The notes below the pieces were generated by a model that did not search any database, was not told the origin of the DNA, and saw nothing but the letters and a program-made list of their open reading frames with translations. Shown here one piece after another: positions 39,915 through 52,730 of a stretch of DNA of 64,000 nucleotides (position 1 is the stretch's first letter; each line of letters starts with the position of its first letter). The translations under genes were made by a program, and so were the position numbers. The stretch spans positions 134,354,001-134,418,000 of the forward strand of contig OX597814.1 in NCBI GenBank assembly GCA_951406725.2, read 5' to 3'. Source of the DNA: Octopus vulgaris (lineage: Eukaryota).

Positions 39915-42900
39915 ATGACAGGCTTCTTTCAGTTTCTGTCTACCAAATCCACTCACAAGGCTTTGGTTGGCCTGAGGCTATAGTAGAAGACACTTGCCTG
40001 AGGTGCCACACAGTGGGACTGAACCCAAAACCATGTGGTTGTGAAGCAAACTTCTTACCACACAGCCACACCTACACCTATCACAGATAGAGGATCATTA
40101 CTAAGTTGACATTATCAAGCAATAGTTATGTCTTACAGGCATTTAGGTCTTTCACTTTTGCTGACAAACACCTAAAGGTAGTGTCTCGATGAAAATACTT
40201 GTCAAAATCTTACCCCATACAGTGATGCATGGGCTTGTATCGGTTATTTACTTTTGAAAAGTACACTGTAATTAATTACATGATTCAAGTATCTCAGAAA
40301 ACTATGTTTAATAATAGTTTCAAATTTTGTCACAAGGCCAGAAATTTTGAGGGGTGGAGTTAGTCAATACCATCAACCCTAGTACTTGACTGGTACTTTA
40401 TTTTATCGACCTCAAAAAACAAAGTTAGTCATAAGCGCTGGAGAAGAGTCACTTGTTAGATTTGTCACTTGAGTGCCTCACAGTATTTGTTCCAGCTCAC
40501 TACGCTCTGAATTCAAATCCACCTTAGGTCAATGTAAACCCTTCAGGTTTGACAACAAAGTACCAGTCCAAGGTAGGGAATTGGCCGAATGATGGAACAT
40601 CGACAATGCCTTGCCATATCTATTTTAGCTCCATGTGTTCTGAGTTCAAATGCTACCAGCTGTTACAGGGAAACAGGTTTTTGGGGACCCAGCAAAAAAC
40701 GGTGATAAGTTTGAGAATCCTTATAAAGTGTGCTGGAAAGCAATACACATTTCCAAAAGATTTGGGCTCAAATAAGCAATTCGACACTGATCCTGTATTC
40801 CATGTGGAGTATTGGTTGGGTATTGTGCAGAGTTCAAACCAACTTACTCGTAATAAGACATACAGAAAATGTAATTGGTATTTTTAAGCTTTATTATAAC
40901 ATATACACCAACTTGTGTGCCAATGTTATATAAAGTTTTAAAATACCAATGATGTTTTCTGAGTTTCTTATTACAGTGTGTGCGTAGCCAGCAGAGTGAC
41001 ATAATTTGAAAGGTAAAACAATGCAAGGAAATGCATTGTGACCCGTGGTGTATGACAATATCTGATAGCCAGGTCAATACAGCGATATATATGTGGAGTT
41101 GGGTGGGTAGCTTGGTCTCTCAATCAATTGTTGTGACAGAATAGTAGTTGCTTGGTAAGTAACTATCTGAAATCATGTATTTAAACTGAGGCAGTTACAT
41201 CATGGAGAAATATTTTAGCCTTTTAATAACACAAAATTAATGTAAAAAATAAATAAGACTGAAGCAAAATAACACTAAATATATAGTGCGCGTGTTTTTA
41301 TTGGCTAAACTGGCAAAATGACCATTCCGAAATATAACAATAAACTTATATTCATTTTCCATTTATTTCTTGTGGTGTCAAAATTCTTGTTTTATAACCG
41401 CTTCCTCCACTAAAACTTATCTCCATAAAATAAGCAAGTCTGTTTCCTCTGTGGCATGTCATCTTTAGAGAATTATTGAATCTTGAGATATATCCCATTC
41501 TCAAGTGGAAATGATCCCACTGCATGGCACTTTGGGCAAGAGTCTTCTACTATAGTCTTGTGAGTGGATTTGATAGATAGAAACTGAAAGAAGCATGTCA
41601 TGTGTGTGTCTATGTCCCACCCACCCCCATCACCACTTGACAACTGGTGTTGGTGTGTTTATGTCCCCCATAATTTAGCGGTTCAGCTAAAGGTACCAAT
41701 AGAATAAGTACTAGGCTTTAAAAAAAATTAATAAGCCCTGGGGTCGATTTGTTCAACTAAAAACCCTTCAAGCACCACCTTGTGAATTGACTGGAACAAG
41801 TAAAAGATAAAAGACACTCACACACACCAAATATTCTTTGGTTCTTTTACTGCATTCAGTTACTGGATTGCAGCCATACTGTCACATTACCTTCTGGGTT
41901 TTACTTACTCATACTAATCCCAGTACTTATTTTATCGTTTTCTCTTTTTTGAATATTCAAATTATGTGTCCTAAAAGAACAAAAGCATTAATAAACGTTA
42001 AGCATAGAGATGCACAGTCACTCACAAATGCAAACATACATCAATCTGACTATATTAATGAATGGCCTAATAATACAGACTCGTCAAATCCGCACAGAAT
42101 TTCAAACTGATAAACAAATATATCACATTAAAATTCTGTTATGACTTGACAATATGTGACCAAGATTGGTGGGCAATATGGATTGTTATTTTTTTGGAAA
42201 ATTTATGATTTTTTATTAACCCTAAACCTTATCGGTCATGGGATATGCTAGAAACAACAGTTAAATCTCCCTTAAATCACACGCCTTTTCGTTGGAAAAT
42301 ATTTTCCTTTTTTTACCTAAGAGGCTTCTTCCTCTTAGTTTTTAAGTGTGTAGTGCCCCCAAAAAAACATTGTTATCTACTGATAGTTTATCAAATCTAA
42401 AAGGATTTCAATGATTAAAAGAAAGATTAGAAGTATACTGTTAAAAATAATTATTTATTTGAAAATAATATTCAAATAAGAATGATTTGGATATCAGGCC
42501 ATATAGATAAGAAAGTTAAAAAGTGAATGGAGTTGAAAAAAGAAACAGGGCACAAAAATAAATAAATAAATAATAGCTGTGTGATTAAAAAGCTTGCCTC
42601 CCAACCACATGGTCTTGGGTTCAATCCCCAATGCATAGCACACCTTGGGCAAAGTCTTGTAAGTGGATTTGGTTGGTGGAAACTGAAAGAAGCTTGATAT
42701 ATTCACGTGTGTGTATCTATGCAATTGTGTCTTTGTTTTTGTATTGTATATGTTCCCACCACTACTGCTCTGCTTAACAACCTGCTGTTGGTTTGTTTAC
42801 ATCCCCGAAGCTTAGCGATTCAGTGAAAAAGACCTATAGAATAAATACCAAGCTTAAAAATAAAATAAGTACCGGGGTCAACTCGTTCAGCTAAATCTCA

Positions 42901-44235
42901 GAGATTGGTGCCCCAGCATGACCATAGTTCAATGACTGAAACAAGTAAAAGAAAGATATCTAGCCCAAGTATGATAATTTAGAAAAAAGACATAGACAAG
43001 AGTGATAAAAACACTTAGAAGAATTAATAGATAAACTATCAAGCTTTAATCCACCATTATCTCAAGCACGTTTATCTGATAAAACTTATCAGTTAGCAAA
43101 CAGTACAAATAATAATTTGAGTGGCTAAAATCAAATCATGTTCATCACTAACATGATATATGGAATTGGTTTTATGCTCCAGTAGACACTAATTTAAAGT
43201 CAGTTTTCAAAAGATTAATGTTAACAATTCATTTTCACAACTCATTAATCTTTTAATTCATAGCAGCAACAAAAAGCTATTCAATGCTTTTTGTTATTTT
43301 ATTAAGGTCAGGTTTTATGGTCTTGGTTAGGTTTTATGTGCCTTTTTCCTTCTCATGGATTTCTTGCTTTATATACAGGTGTTTTTTTTTTTTGTTTGTG
43401 TATGTGTATGTTTGTATGTGTGTGTGTGTATATATATATGTGTGTGTCTTAGCATTGGATTACAACCAGTACTAGGGTACTGCATTGAAGGGTTTTAGTC
43501 ATACAAATCAACACCAGTACTTATATTTCTTTTAAATCTAATACTTTTTCTATCAGTCTCTATTGCTGAACTGCTTTGTTGCAGAGATCTAAACAAACCA
43601 ACACTATTTATCAAGTGGAGGGGGACAAACACATATGCATGCATGCGTGTACACACACTCACACACATACACATGTGATAGGCTTACACACAGTTTCCAT
43701 CTACCAAATCCACTCACAATTTATTGGTCAACCTGGGGCTATAGTAGAAGACACCTGCCTAAGGTGCCATGAATGGGACTGAACCTGAAACCACATGGTT
43801 GTAGTTTTAGCCATGTAATAATGTAGTCAGAAATTAAAGCTACCGTGTATTCAAACTTTCTGTGTAGAATATAGATTTCAAATATAATTCATGATTCTAA
43901 TGTAAATATATCAATATGTAGGAGTGGCTGTGTGGTAAGTAGCTTGCTTACGAACCACATGGTTCTGGGTTCAGTCCTACTGCGTGGCACCTTGGGCAAG
44001 TGTCTTCTACTATAGCCTATATATGTATGTATGTGTATATGTTTGTGTGTCTGTGTTTGTCCCCCCAACATCGCTTCACAACTGATGGTGGTGTGTTTAC
44101 ATGGTTCGGCAAAAGAGACCGATAGAATAAGTACTAGGCATCCAAAGAATAAGTCCTGGGGTCAATCTACTCGACTAAAGGTGGTGCTCCAGCATGGCCA
44201 CAGTCAAGTGACTGAAACAAAAAGAGTCAAGAGTA
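39915..44235. mobile_element. Cluster of 28482-family SINE copies (39915-40080 -, 41510-41815 +, 42575-42955 +, 43450-43800 -, 43920-44235 +)
   Basis: Each shows recognisable blocks such as CTTGGGCAAGTGTCTTCTACTATAGC and AATAAGTACTAGGC, with many CpG-to-TpG changes. Confidence 0.75.
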
Positions 44236-45509
44236 TGTGCAATGAAATTCTACCAAGTTTTCTTCTCACCACCTATCGCAATCCTTCCAAAATAAATGAA
44301 ACTTTACACTGTCTCTTGCACCAAACACCTCTGCAAAAAAAAACTGAACTAGAAAGTGTATGTGCATATGCAAGTGGGTGTGTGTGAGAGAGAGAGGAGA
44401 GCTGTTTACTGTTTATTACTACATCGAAGAGGTGTCAATGTATGTTGACTGGCTTGGTATTCAATATAGTTGTTCAAACATACTAGAAATAGCTTCCAAA
44501 CCTCTTAAATTGTCATCTTAAATAAAGGATTTACTGAACAGTGTAATTCCTGATATACAAAAAGGTGAAACAGTCACAACAGGAATGCCTTTCATCGTAT
44601 ATTTGTTTGACAGACTGATCTGGGGTTTAATAATAAAAACAATGTTTACTTTGAGTCAATGAGGGAAGGCTTTTGAGTGGCCACTGTATCTGCTACAAAG
44701 AGCAGCCATTACTGCCTTGAATTAGAAAAGCACTCCTCAAACTATGTGCACCAATATACCAAGAGGCAAGATAATATGTAATTACATCAGCTGTAATTAT
44801 CAGCTCAGAGAGCAATGTTTCTCCTACTATATTTAGTAAGTGTAGCAGCCTTCCTGTTCAACAGGGTCTATCCACTTGGAAGACTCAGCACTTCTTTATA
44901 CAACTGACATCCTTCATACATATCATTTGCTTGTGTCAGTGTAATCTTCTCTCATATACACTATATTAAGTTCATTTTATATTCAGTTTCTGTCTCAGCT
45001 CATTTGTATTCTGTCGTTCATGAACACTAATATCACACTTCTGTTTAAGCACAGTGTTACCAGCTAAAGTAATAGCTTCCTGAACTTTTTTCAATCCATT
45101 TTAACTCTTCTTTTGGAATACCCAACTCCACTTAATTAGGTCACTTGGCTAACAGAATTTATCAACTTCTAAGGTATACATCTAGCCTTTTGGAGATTTA
45201 AAAGAATTTGAAATTAATTTAAATATTGTAAAGCCTTAATGTGAGCTAAGTAAGAATGTAAGCACATTCTTTCTGTACTTTTGATGTGCAGGTTATCCAA
45301 CATATCGAAGATATATGTTAAGAGATGCTTTGCTGAAACTTACTGTATTTTCTGGTGTGTAAAGGAATATCTTTTAAAAACTTTAGTGTATGTCATTTGG
45401 TCTCTGCAGGATTTGAACTCAAAATGTAAAATTTCTAAGTAATATTATAGTATTATAGAGTTAAGTTAAATAGAAATATTGGTAATCTTCTGTGTCTGGT
45501 TAAATCTTA

Positions 45510-47090
45510 CTGTGTTTGCCCCCAAAATAAGACTCGGTCTTATATTAATTTTGCATCCAAAAATTGCACTAGAGCTTATTTTCAGGGAATGTCTTATACT
45601 TTTGTGGAAAAAATCCAAAAAGAGAAAAAAGTCTCATCTCCTCGTGTAAAAGGAAAAAATTGTAAAAAGGAAACTCATGTTTTTAGTTATCAAAAGTTTA
45701 TTTATTTGCTTCTTGTTTTTAGTCAAGTACAAACATTTCGTCCCCTTCTGGAACATCATTATAAATCATCAAACCCCAAATTTCAGACTGAATTTCTTGT
45801 AAATCCATTTTCTGTAGAATCATGGACCCCAATCTCTCATGTTTGACAATATAACTTTCCTTAAATGAACACTTTTTTGTCCAAGTACCCTGCTCGTAGT
45901 GCATTGGCAACGCTACTGTCAGTAATTTTATTTCATGAATTCTTCGCCTAATTCACAACTTCTTGGAAGTTGGATTTGACAAAGTTTCCATGCTGATTTC
46001 TTTCCATGCTGATTTCTCTCCATTCTATGTTCGATGTGTTCATTCACTTCCATCCGCAAATAATCCTTGAAGGGCTTGTTTATTACATGATCTAATGTTT
46101 CTAGAGATGAAGTCATTCTCATGGGAATCATTATGTGGTCAATTCTTCTTTCAGAAAGCAAGGTTTTCATATCTTTTACGTGGTGAGTACTGGCTGAATT
46201 CTTTGAGAACCCCCTAAAACAAGTGGCTTAGTTAAATCAACCCATTTTCTTATAACAACTTGTGTGCACCAAGCCTTTCCCGTTTCAAAGACATATATGC
46301 CTAAAACTCATTCTGTTTTCTCTTTTTTATCCTTTGTGATAAGCAGTGGAACTTTTGTTCTGTCAAGACGAATTGCTAAAATACAAGTAACTCTTGCACT
46401 TTCATAACCCATTGAGGCAACATAGATTGACAAGGCACTGTCTGTTGAACTGTCATTTTAGATCCTTGGCCCATAAACACTGCAGTCTCCTCCGTAGCAA
46501 TAATATTGGAGAGATTGTATTTAGAAAAGTTGATACCATCAACGAAGGATGTGAATGTTGAATCACTTCAGCATCCTCCAGCTTGAACAGTGTTGTCAAT
46601 CATAGAGCTCATGTCGCTAAAGGAAGTTATCCAACTGTGATGCCATTGCAAGAGCAAATTCTTAAATATCTGCCCTGCGTACAACCAAACCCTTTGTTCT
46701 TCTGTTATCAATCCATCCCGAGGTGATATCTTCCAGCTCCAAAAATAACAGTTATCAACCTGGTCCACACTTGCATTTCTTAGCACTTCCCTCATCCATC
46801 TGTCTGCTTGCCATTTTTAAAACATTCAGAGATCCATCTTCTCCTTACAGAAAGCCGTGAGATTCTTGTTATGTGACTTGTCCACAATTCCTTTCTTGTA
46901 CTCCACAGAATAACTCTTTCTTGCCTAGGGAACAAGGGAGTCAACTCAATGCATGTGCACTTAGTGCAGACTTTAGCCAAGCTGCGGTGGTTGGTTTATT
47001 TTGTACACATCACATGGGCTTGCTAACAAGCTAATACATTTTTGACTAGGTCTTATTTTCGGAATAGGCCTTATTTTCAGGGAAACACAG
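45510..47090 (-). mobile_element. pogo-family (POGK-like) DNA transposon, decayed
   Basis: TA|CTGTGTTTGCCCCCAAAATAAGAC ... GCCTTATTTTCAGGGAAACACAG|TA; transposase relic NIIATEETAVF and IPMRMTSSLETLDHVINKPFKDYLR. Confidence 0.85.
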
Positions 47091-47999
47091 TAGTCTACCA
47101 GATATCTCCTCTTCATTACATAACACCTGTAACTAGTTTTTAAGCCCTTCTCTGTTTGTTGAGTAAACTTAGTAGTTTAACAAGTTAAACAGGTTTCCTA
47201 TCATATTATGTGCTATTTATATTATGATAATTTTTTCTGATATATTTGACATACTAAACATTCAAGCCAATAGTGTCATAAATTTAGATACTCTGCAACC
47301 TTTTTAGTTTGTTTTAATATAGGATACTTATTCTACATATCTTAGGCCAGTTTACTGCAGAGATAGGTATTGGAACTTCAAAGCAATGTTACTTACTATT
47401 CACTATCATCCTGCCTAAAAGAGGAAAGATTTTGTCTTTCATCTGTTATAGATAGTGGGCTTAAAAACCAGCCTTTGCCCAAATCAGTAAGAGCAGCTCT
47501 ATGCTAGAATTAGGGCACAAGTATTCTCTGCAGGCCTTGAACGTTTTCCAGAAATTTTTCAAATTTAGTGTATTTGTGGGTTATTCAGCAGTTGATTGCT
47601 TGCAGACAGCCTTTTGAAAAATTACACAAATTGTGACAATTTGTGTATGTGGTCCTTTATATTCTGAGTTCAAATCCTTTAGAGGTTAGCTTTGAAAGTA
47701 TCAATGGAATAAAGTACGCGTCAAGTACTGGAGATAAATTAATCAACTGTACCTTCCCTTAAAATGTTTGACCTGCACCAGTGTTAGAAACCAATAATAC
47801 AGTATCTTTTTTGCTTACAATGGTACTCCATGCCACAGTTTTAGTTCCTATTTAGTCATATGGACTTACATTTAAAAGTTAAGTGTCTTGACCTGAAGTA
47901 AAAAAAAATGCTGATGACAGAAATCAAAACGCTGACCTCATTGAAATATTTAACTATGGTTTCATGTCTCAATCAAAATGGTCTCTTTTTTTACCATAA

Positions 48000-48212
48000 C
48001 CCTTTAGCATTTAAACCAGCCATATCCAATCAAAAGAGGCTTGTTTTATGTTCAAATTGGCCTGATCCAACCTCTCACACCTACCCTACAATGTCATTCT
48101 AATAATAGTCAACATCATCAAAATCTCAAAGCTATGAGACATTATATGATTAACTCAATACGATATGAATAAATAAACTTTACATTTGGTGGAGTAATCC
48201 GAATCTTTAGGG
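48000..48212. mobile_element. piggyBac-type MITE; second decayed copy at 53657-53880
   Basis: ATAA|CCCTTTAGCATT ... AATCTTTAGGG|TTAA. Confidence 0.65.
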
Positions 48213-48762
48213 TTAAAGGAGAAGAAAATGACACAACCCAAAATTATAGAATGTTATCAAATATTTATGTTTGACTGAGGAAACAGAGAAAATACAAAAG
48301 ATACCACCTGAATGAAAAACAATTAGTAAAGTGAATATTAACATAACTTAGTGAGCCAAAAAATTTGAATTTTAGTGACAATAACCAATCATTATCTTGA
48401 AAAATAACTCTTTTCAAGAAAGACAAAGGAGATAAGCTCCTGACTCTTAAATTAATTGAAAATAGGATGCAGTGGGAAACGAGTCTGGTCTTTGATAATA
48501 TGGTGACAACTTTAAATATATTTCAGATTTCTTACATCACATCAGCAAGAAATAGCTTCACATGACATTGGCAATCAGGTGACATTTTGTAGTTGTTTAT
48601 TTGGAGGTAAAACAAAAAAACAGTAAAAATATGTTAAATCATGACATTGAGTTCTCATATAATGTTTCATAAAGACTTTTTTAAGAAGGTTATTGTTCTA
48701 AAAATGGTGTCATATCAATTGTATTTTATATATGTGTGTATGTATATATATATATATATATA

Positions 48763-49165
48763 TCACTTTGATCACTTTGACCGACCAGTCCGTCAGGCGT
48801 CTATTTGACACCGCTGGTCACAGCACGCTGTCCACTCCTCTCTGGATCGCGCCTTTCTCATCCATGTGATCCCAATCATCCTCTTGAAATCGTCACTCCA
48901 CCGTCATGGAGGTCTTCCGGGTGGTCTTTTCCACTCACGCGGGTACCACTCGACGACTGCGTGCGTCCACCGATTATCGGTGAGCCGGGCGACGTGTCCA
49001 GCCCATCTATACTTGCTGCAAGTATACTCTGCGATGACATCTCTCACACCGGACTTCTTTCTGATGATGTTGCTATTTATGTGCTCTCTCAACGAGATAC
49101 CAAGCATTGACCTTTCCATGGCTCTTTGAGCCATTATCAGTCTTTGCTCTTCTCTCTTTGCTCTT
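48763..49165 (-). mobile_element. 5'-truncated RTE-clade LINE (RT C-terminus + 3' end), second RTE family
   Basis: QRAMERSMLGISLREH...KYRWAGHVARLTDNRWT...WYPREWKRPPGRP. Short tandem tail (TCAAAGTGA)2 abutting (TA)n. Confidence 0.88.
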
Positions 49166-49167
49166 CT

Positions 49168-49256
49168 CATTATTCAAAGTCATTCTCGTGTCTTATCTAA
49201 ATTCAAATGAAATGCTAGAGGCATCTTATTTATAGAAATCTTTAGGGCTACCACAA

Positions 49257-49293
<37 letters not shown>

Positions 49294-49462
49294 AAACTTT
49301 GTTTTTAATAACATTTTCGCAGGAAGAAAAGGAAAAAAACATTAAAAGTATAAAAGCTCGAGTTATTGAGGAAAATTTTGTTTATTAAGGATTTCTATAA
49401 ATAAGATGCCTCTAGCATTTCATTTGAATTTAGATAAGACAAGAGAATGACTTTGAATAATA
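49168..49462. repeat. ~77-bp inverted repeat bracketing (TA)n
   Basis: ATTATTCAAAGTCATTCTC...TTTATAGAAATC vs GATTTCTATAAA...GAGAATGACTTTGAATAAT, 1-2 mismatches. Confidence 0.92.
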
Positions 49463-49604
49463 ATTTCTTAAAGGTTTTTTTTTTTTCTTTTGTAAAGACA
49501 AGATATGTGTAAAGTAATATTAACTAAAATATTAGGAGGGATAAGACAACAACAGGTGCCTCTCATATTACATACACATACTGTAGAAGTCTCACATAAG
49601 TAAT

Positions 49605-50010
49605 CTTTTCTTTTGCTTGTTTCTGCCACCATACTGGCACATCACCTCAAAGAATTTTTAGTCAAATGTATCGACCCTCAATACTTTATTTTTTTAAATC
49701 CTGGTATTTGTTCTGTTGGCCTCTTTTGCTGAACCACTAGGTTATGGGGACATAAACACACCAGCACCAGTTGCCAAGCAGTGTGTGGGAAACAAACACA
49801 AACACACATACATATACAACACAAACACACACACACATACATATACAACAGGCTTTCTTCAGTTTCTGTCTGCCAAATCCACTCACAAGACTTTGGTTGG
49901 CCCAAGGCTGCAGTAGAAGACACTTGCCTAAGGCACTACACAGTGGGACTGAACCCCTAAACCCCAAACCATTTGGTTGTGAAACAGGCTTCTTACCACA
50001 CAGCCACAGT
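49605..50010 (-). mobile_element. SINE, 28482 family, CpG-decayed
   Basis: Reverse-complement homology. Confidence 0.75.
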
Positions 50011-50827
50011 TAAGAAAAAAATTCATTTAATTAAAATTATTGGTGCAATCAGTAGACAAACCACTCTAAATGTGTTTACAATTATATTCCTGGGATATTT
50101 TCCCTTCTCTATATTGTTGATATTCATAATAAGCTTAACTTCTACTTAGTGACTACTCAACCTCTATTTCTACATATACTGATGACTTCCAAGTTTTGCC
50201 AACTGAGAAAAACATGTTTCACTGACAAAGTCTAGAAAGTAGAAATTAGAAGTTGCAGAGAAGTGTGCATTTAACAGGATGGTTTTTCCTAAATGGACAG
50301 TAACTCCTTCTCCTATCTCTGTTATTCTTCCTTTCACTACAGACGAACTTATCTACTCTTTTATTCACTCAATTTCTCTGAATCTGCCTGTTATGCAGCT
50401 TCAATTCAGATTTCAACTCCAAATCTAAAGAGGTACAGCAGTTTTTCAGATGAAGATATCTTCGATCAGCTATTTACCCCTCATTCTACCAATAATGAAG
50501 TTCAAAGCACCCTTAAAATGACTGGAATACTTGGTTAAGCACCAATAAGAAAAATGTATAAAATATGATGTCCATTCCACATGTCTAAATTATAAGATGA
50601 ATTGATTACATTGCAATAAGACTAACATACAGGATGTTTTATTGAGTTATGCTGTGAAAAACTAAAGGATAAACATGTTCCACAATGCTCCTCTAATTTT
50701 CTACTTGCATACAAATTTTGTCTTTCTATGCAAAGTATGTGTGCAAGTGACCATCATTCAAATGCTATATTGCCCACTTCAGCGAATCCACACCATCTTT
50801 AAATGTGTATAATTTAAGATATAATTC

Positions 50828-52730
50828 ATCATCATCATCATCATCATTTAATGTCCATTTTCCATGCTGATATAGGTTAGACGGTTTAACAGGAGCTGGC
50901 CAGCTGAAGCGTCGCCCAGGCTCCAATTGTCTGTTTTGGTTAGATGCTCTTCTTGAACACCAACCACTTTATAGGATGTACTGGATGCTTTTATGTGGCA
51001 CCAGCTCAGGTGCTTTTACATGGCACGGCTAAAGGGCATCTCCCCAAGAGTTAAAGACAGATTATATGATGCCTGTGTATGTACAGCTATGCTACATGAC
51101 AGTGAAACATGGGCTATATAAAAATTTAAAAAATAAAAGTTCCTTCCCAAGCCATGCCAGGCTCATAAGGGCCAGTTTCAGTGACGTAGAAATTCCCCAC
51201 CTGGACAGGACGCTGGTCCGTTACAGGATTACTCCCTTTTGCCAGCTGAGTGGACTGGAGCAACGTGAAATGAAGTGTTTTGCTCAAGAATACAACGTAT
51301 CGCCCGGTCCAGGACTCAAAGCCACAACCTTATGATCATGAGTTCAACACCCTAACCACAAAGCCACGAGCCTCCACATGGGCTATGACTACAGAGGACA
51401 TGCAAAGGCTTGAAAGAAATGAAGCCAGCATTGCCCTGCTAGATGGATAATGTTAGTATGCATGTACAACAGAGTGTAGAGAATTTTAGAGAAAAATTGG
51501 GTATAAAAGGCATCAGATGTAGTGTGCGAGAGAGAAGACTGTGCTGGTATGGTCATATGATGCATATGGATGAGGACAGCTGTATAAAGAAGTGCTAATC
51601 TCTAATAGTGGAGGGAACCTACAGAAGGGGTAGACCCAGGAAGACATAGACAAAGAGGTGAGAAATAATCTTCAGATTTTGAGCCTTGCAGAGATGACAA
51701 GGGACCAAGGCTCCTGGCAGTTTGTTGTGCTTGAAAAATAAAATCATTACCATCCATACATACAGGCATGTCATGCCTCCCTCCCTCAGTAGAGGTCCTT
51801 GACTTGTGGGCTCGCAGGTGCTGGTGCCATGTAAAAGCACCCATGCTGGTGCCACACCTTTTTAATTTGATTTTTCCTTAAATTACACCAATTATTATAC
51901 ATATCATCATCATTGTTATTGTTTAACGTTCGTTTTCCATGCTGGCATGGGTTGGACGATTTGACTGAGGTCTGGAGAACCAGCAGCTGCACCAGGTTCC
52001 AATCTGATCTGGCAAAGTTTCTACAGCTGGATGTCCTTCCTAACACCAACCACTCTGGGAGTGTAGTGGGTGCTTTTTACATGCCACTGGCACAGGAGCC
52101 AGTCAGGCGAGCCAAGGATTGATCACATTTGGATAGTGCTTTTTACATGCCACCAGCACAGGAGCCAGTCAGGGGTCACTGGCATCGACCATGTTCAGAT
52201 GATGCATCTTACATGTCACCAGAAAAGGAGCCAGTCAGGGAGCATTGGCCACAGCTATGATTTTGGTTTTATTTGACTCAGCAGGTCTTCTCAAGCATAT
52301 CATATTGCCCAATGCATCAAGAGTACTTTTAAATGGACCAGACATGCAACACTGGCATCGGCCATGGCTGAAATCTTACTTTAGTTGCCGGGTTTTTTCA
52401 ATCACAGCATATCTCCAAAGGTCTTGGTCTCCTGTCATTGACTTTGTGAGGCCCAATGTACAAAGGTCATGCTTCACCTCCTCATCCCATGTCTTCCTGG
52501 GTCTACCTCTTCCACAGGTTCCTTCCACAGTTAGGGTGTGACATTTCCTCACACAGCTGTCCTCATCCATACGCAACACATGGCCATACCAATGCAGTCA
52601 TCTCTCTTGCACACCACTTTTGATGCTTCTTATGCCCAACTTTTCTCTCAGGATGCTCACCCTCTGTTGTGTATACACACTGGCATTACACATCTAGCAG
52701 ATCATACTGGCTTCATTTCTTTCAAGCATA
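50828..52730. mobile_element. RTE LINE fragments: 50828-51025 (-), 51030-51860 (+), 51905-52730 (-)
   Basis: MDEDSCVRKC...VEGTCGRGRPRKTW, SETWA and WYGH motifs, shared 3' UTR with (GAT)n tail. Confidence 0.85.
51118..51375 (-). mobile_element. tRNA-derived SINE (head B + tail Z) inserted in RTE coding sequence
   Basis: 11-bp TSD ACATGGGCTAT (51107-51117, 51376-51386). Core TTCTTGAGCAAAACACTTCATTTCACGTTGCTCCAGTCCACTCAGCTGGCAAAA shared with 1836. Confidence 0.88.

Noticed and set aside
50130-50800. Possible hAT transposase relic on the minus strand (CETCFSQL); similar Tigger-like traces at 44880-45260
   Set aside because: Only fragmentary motif resemblance; needs a translated search.
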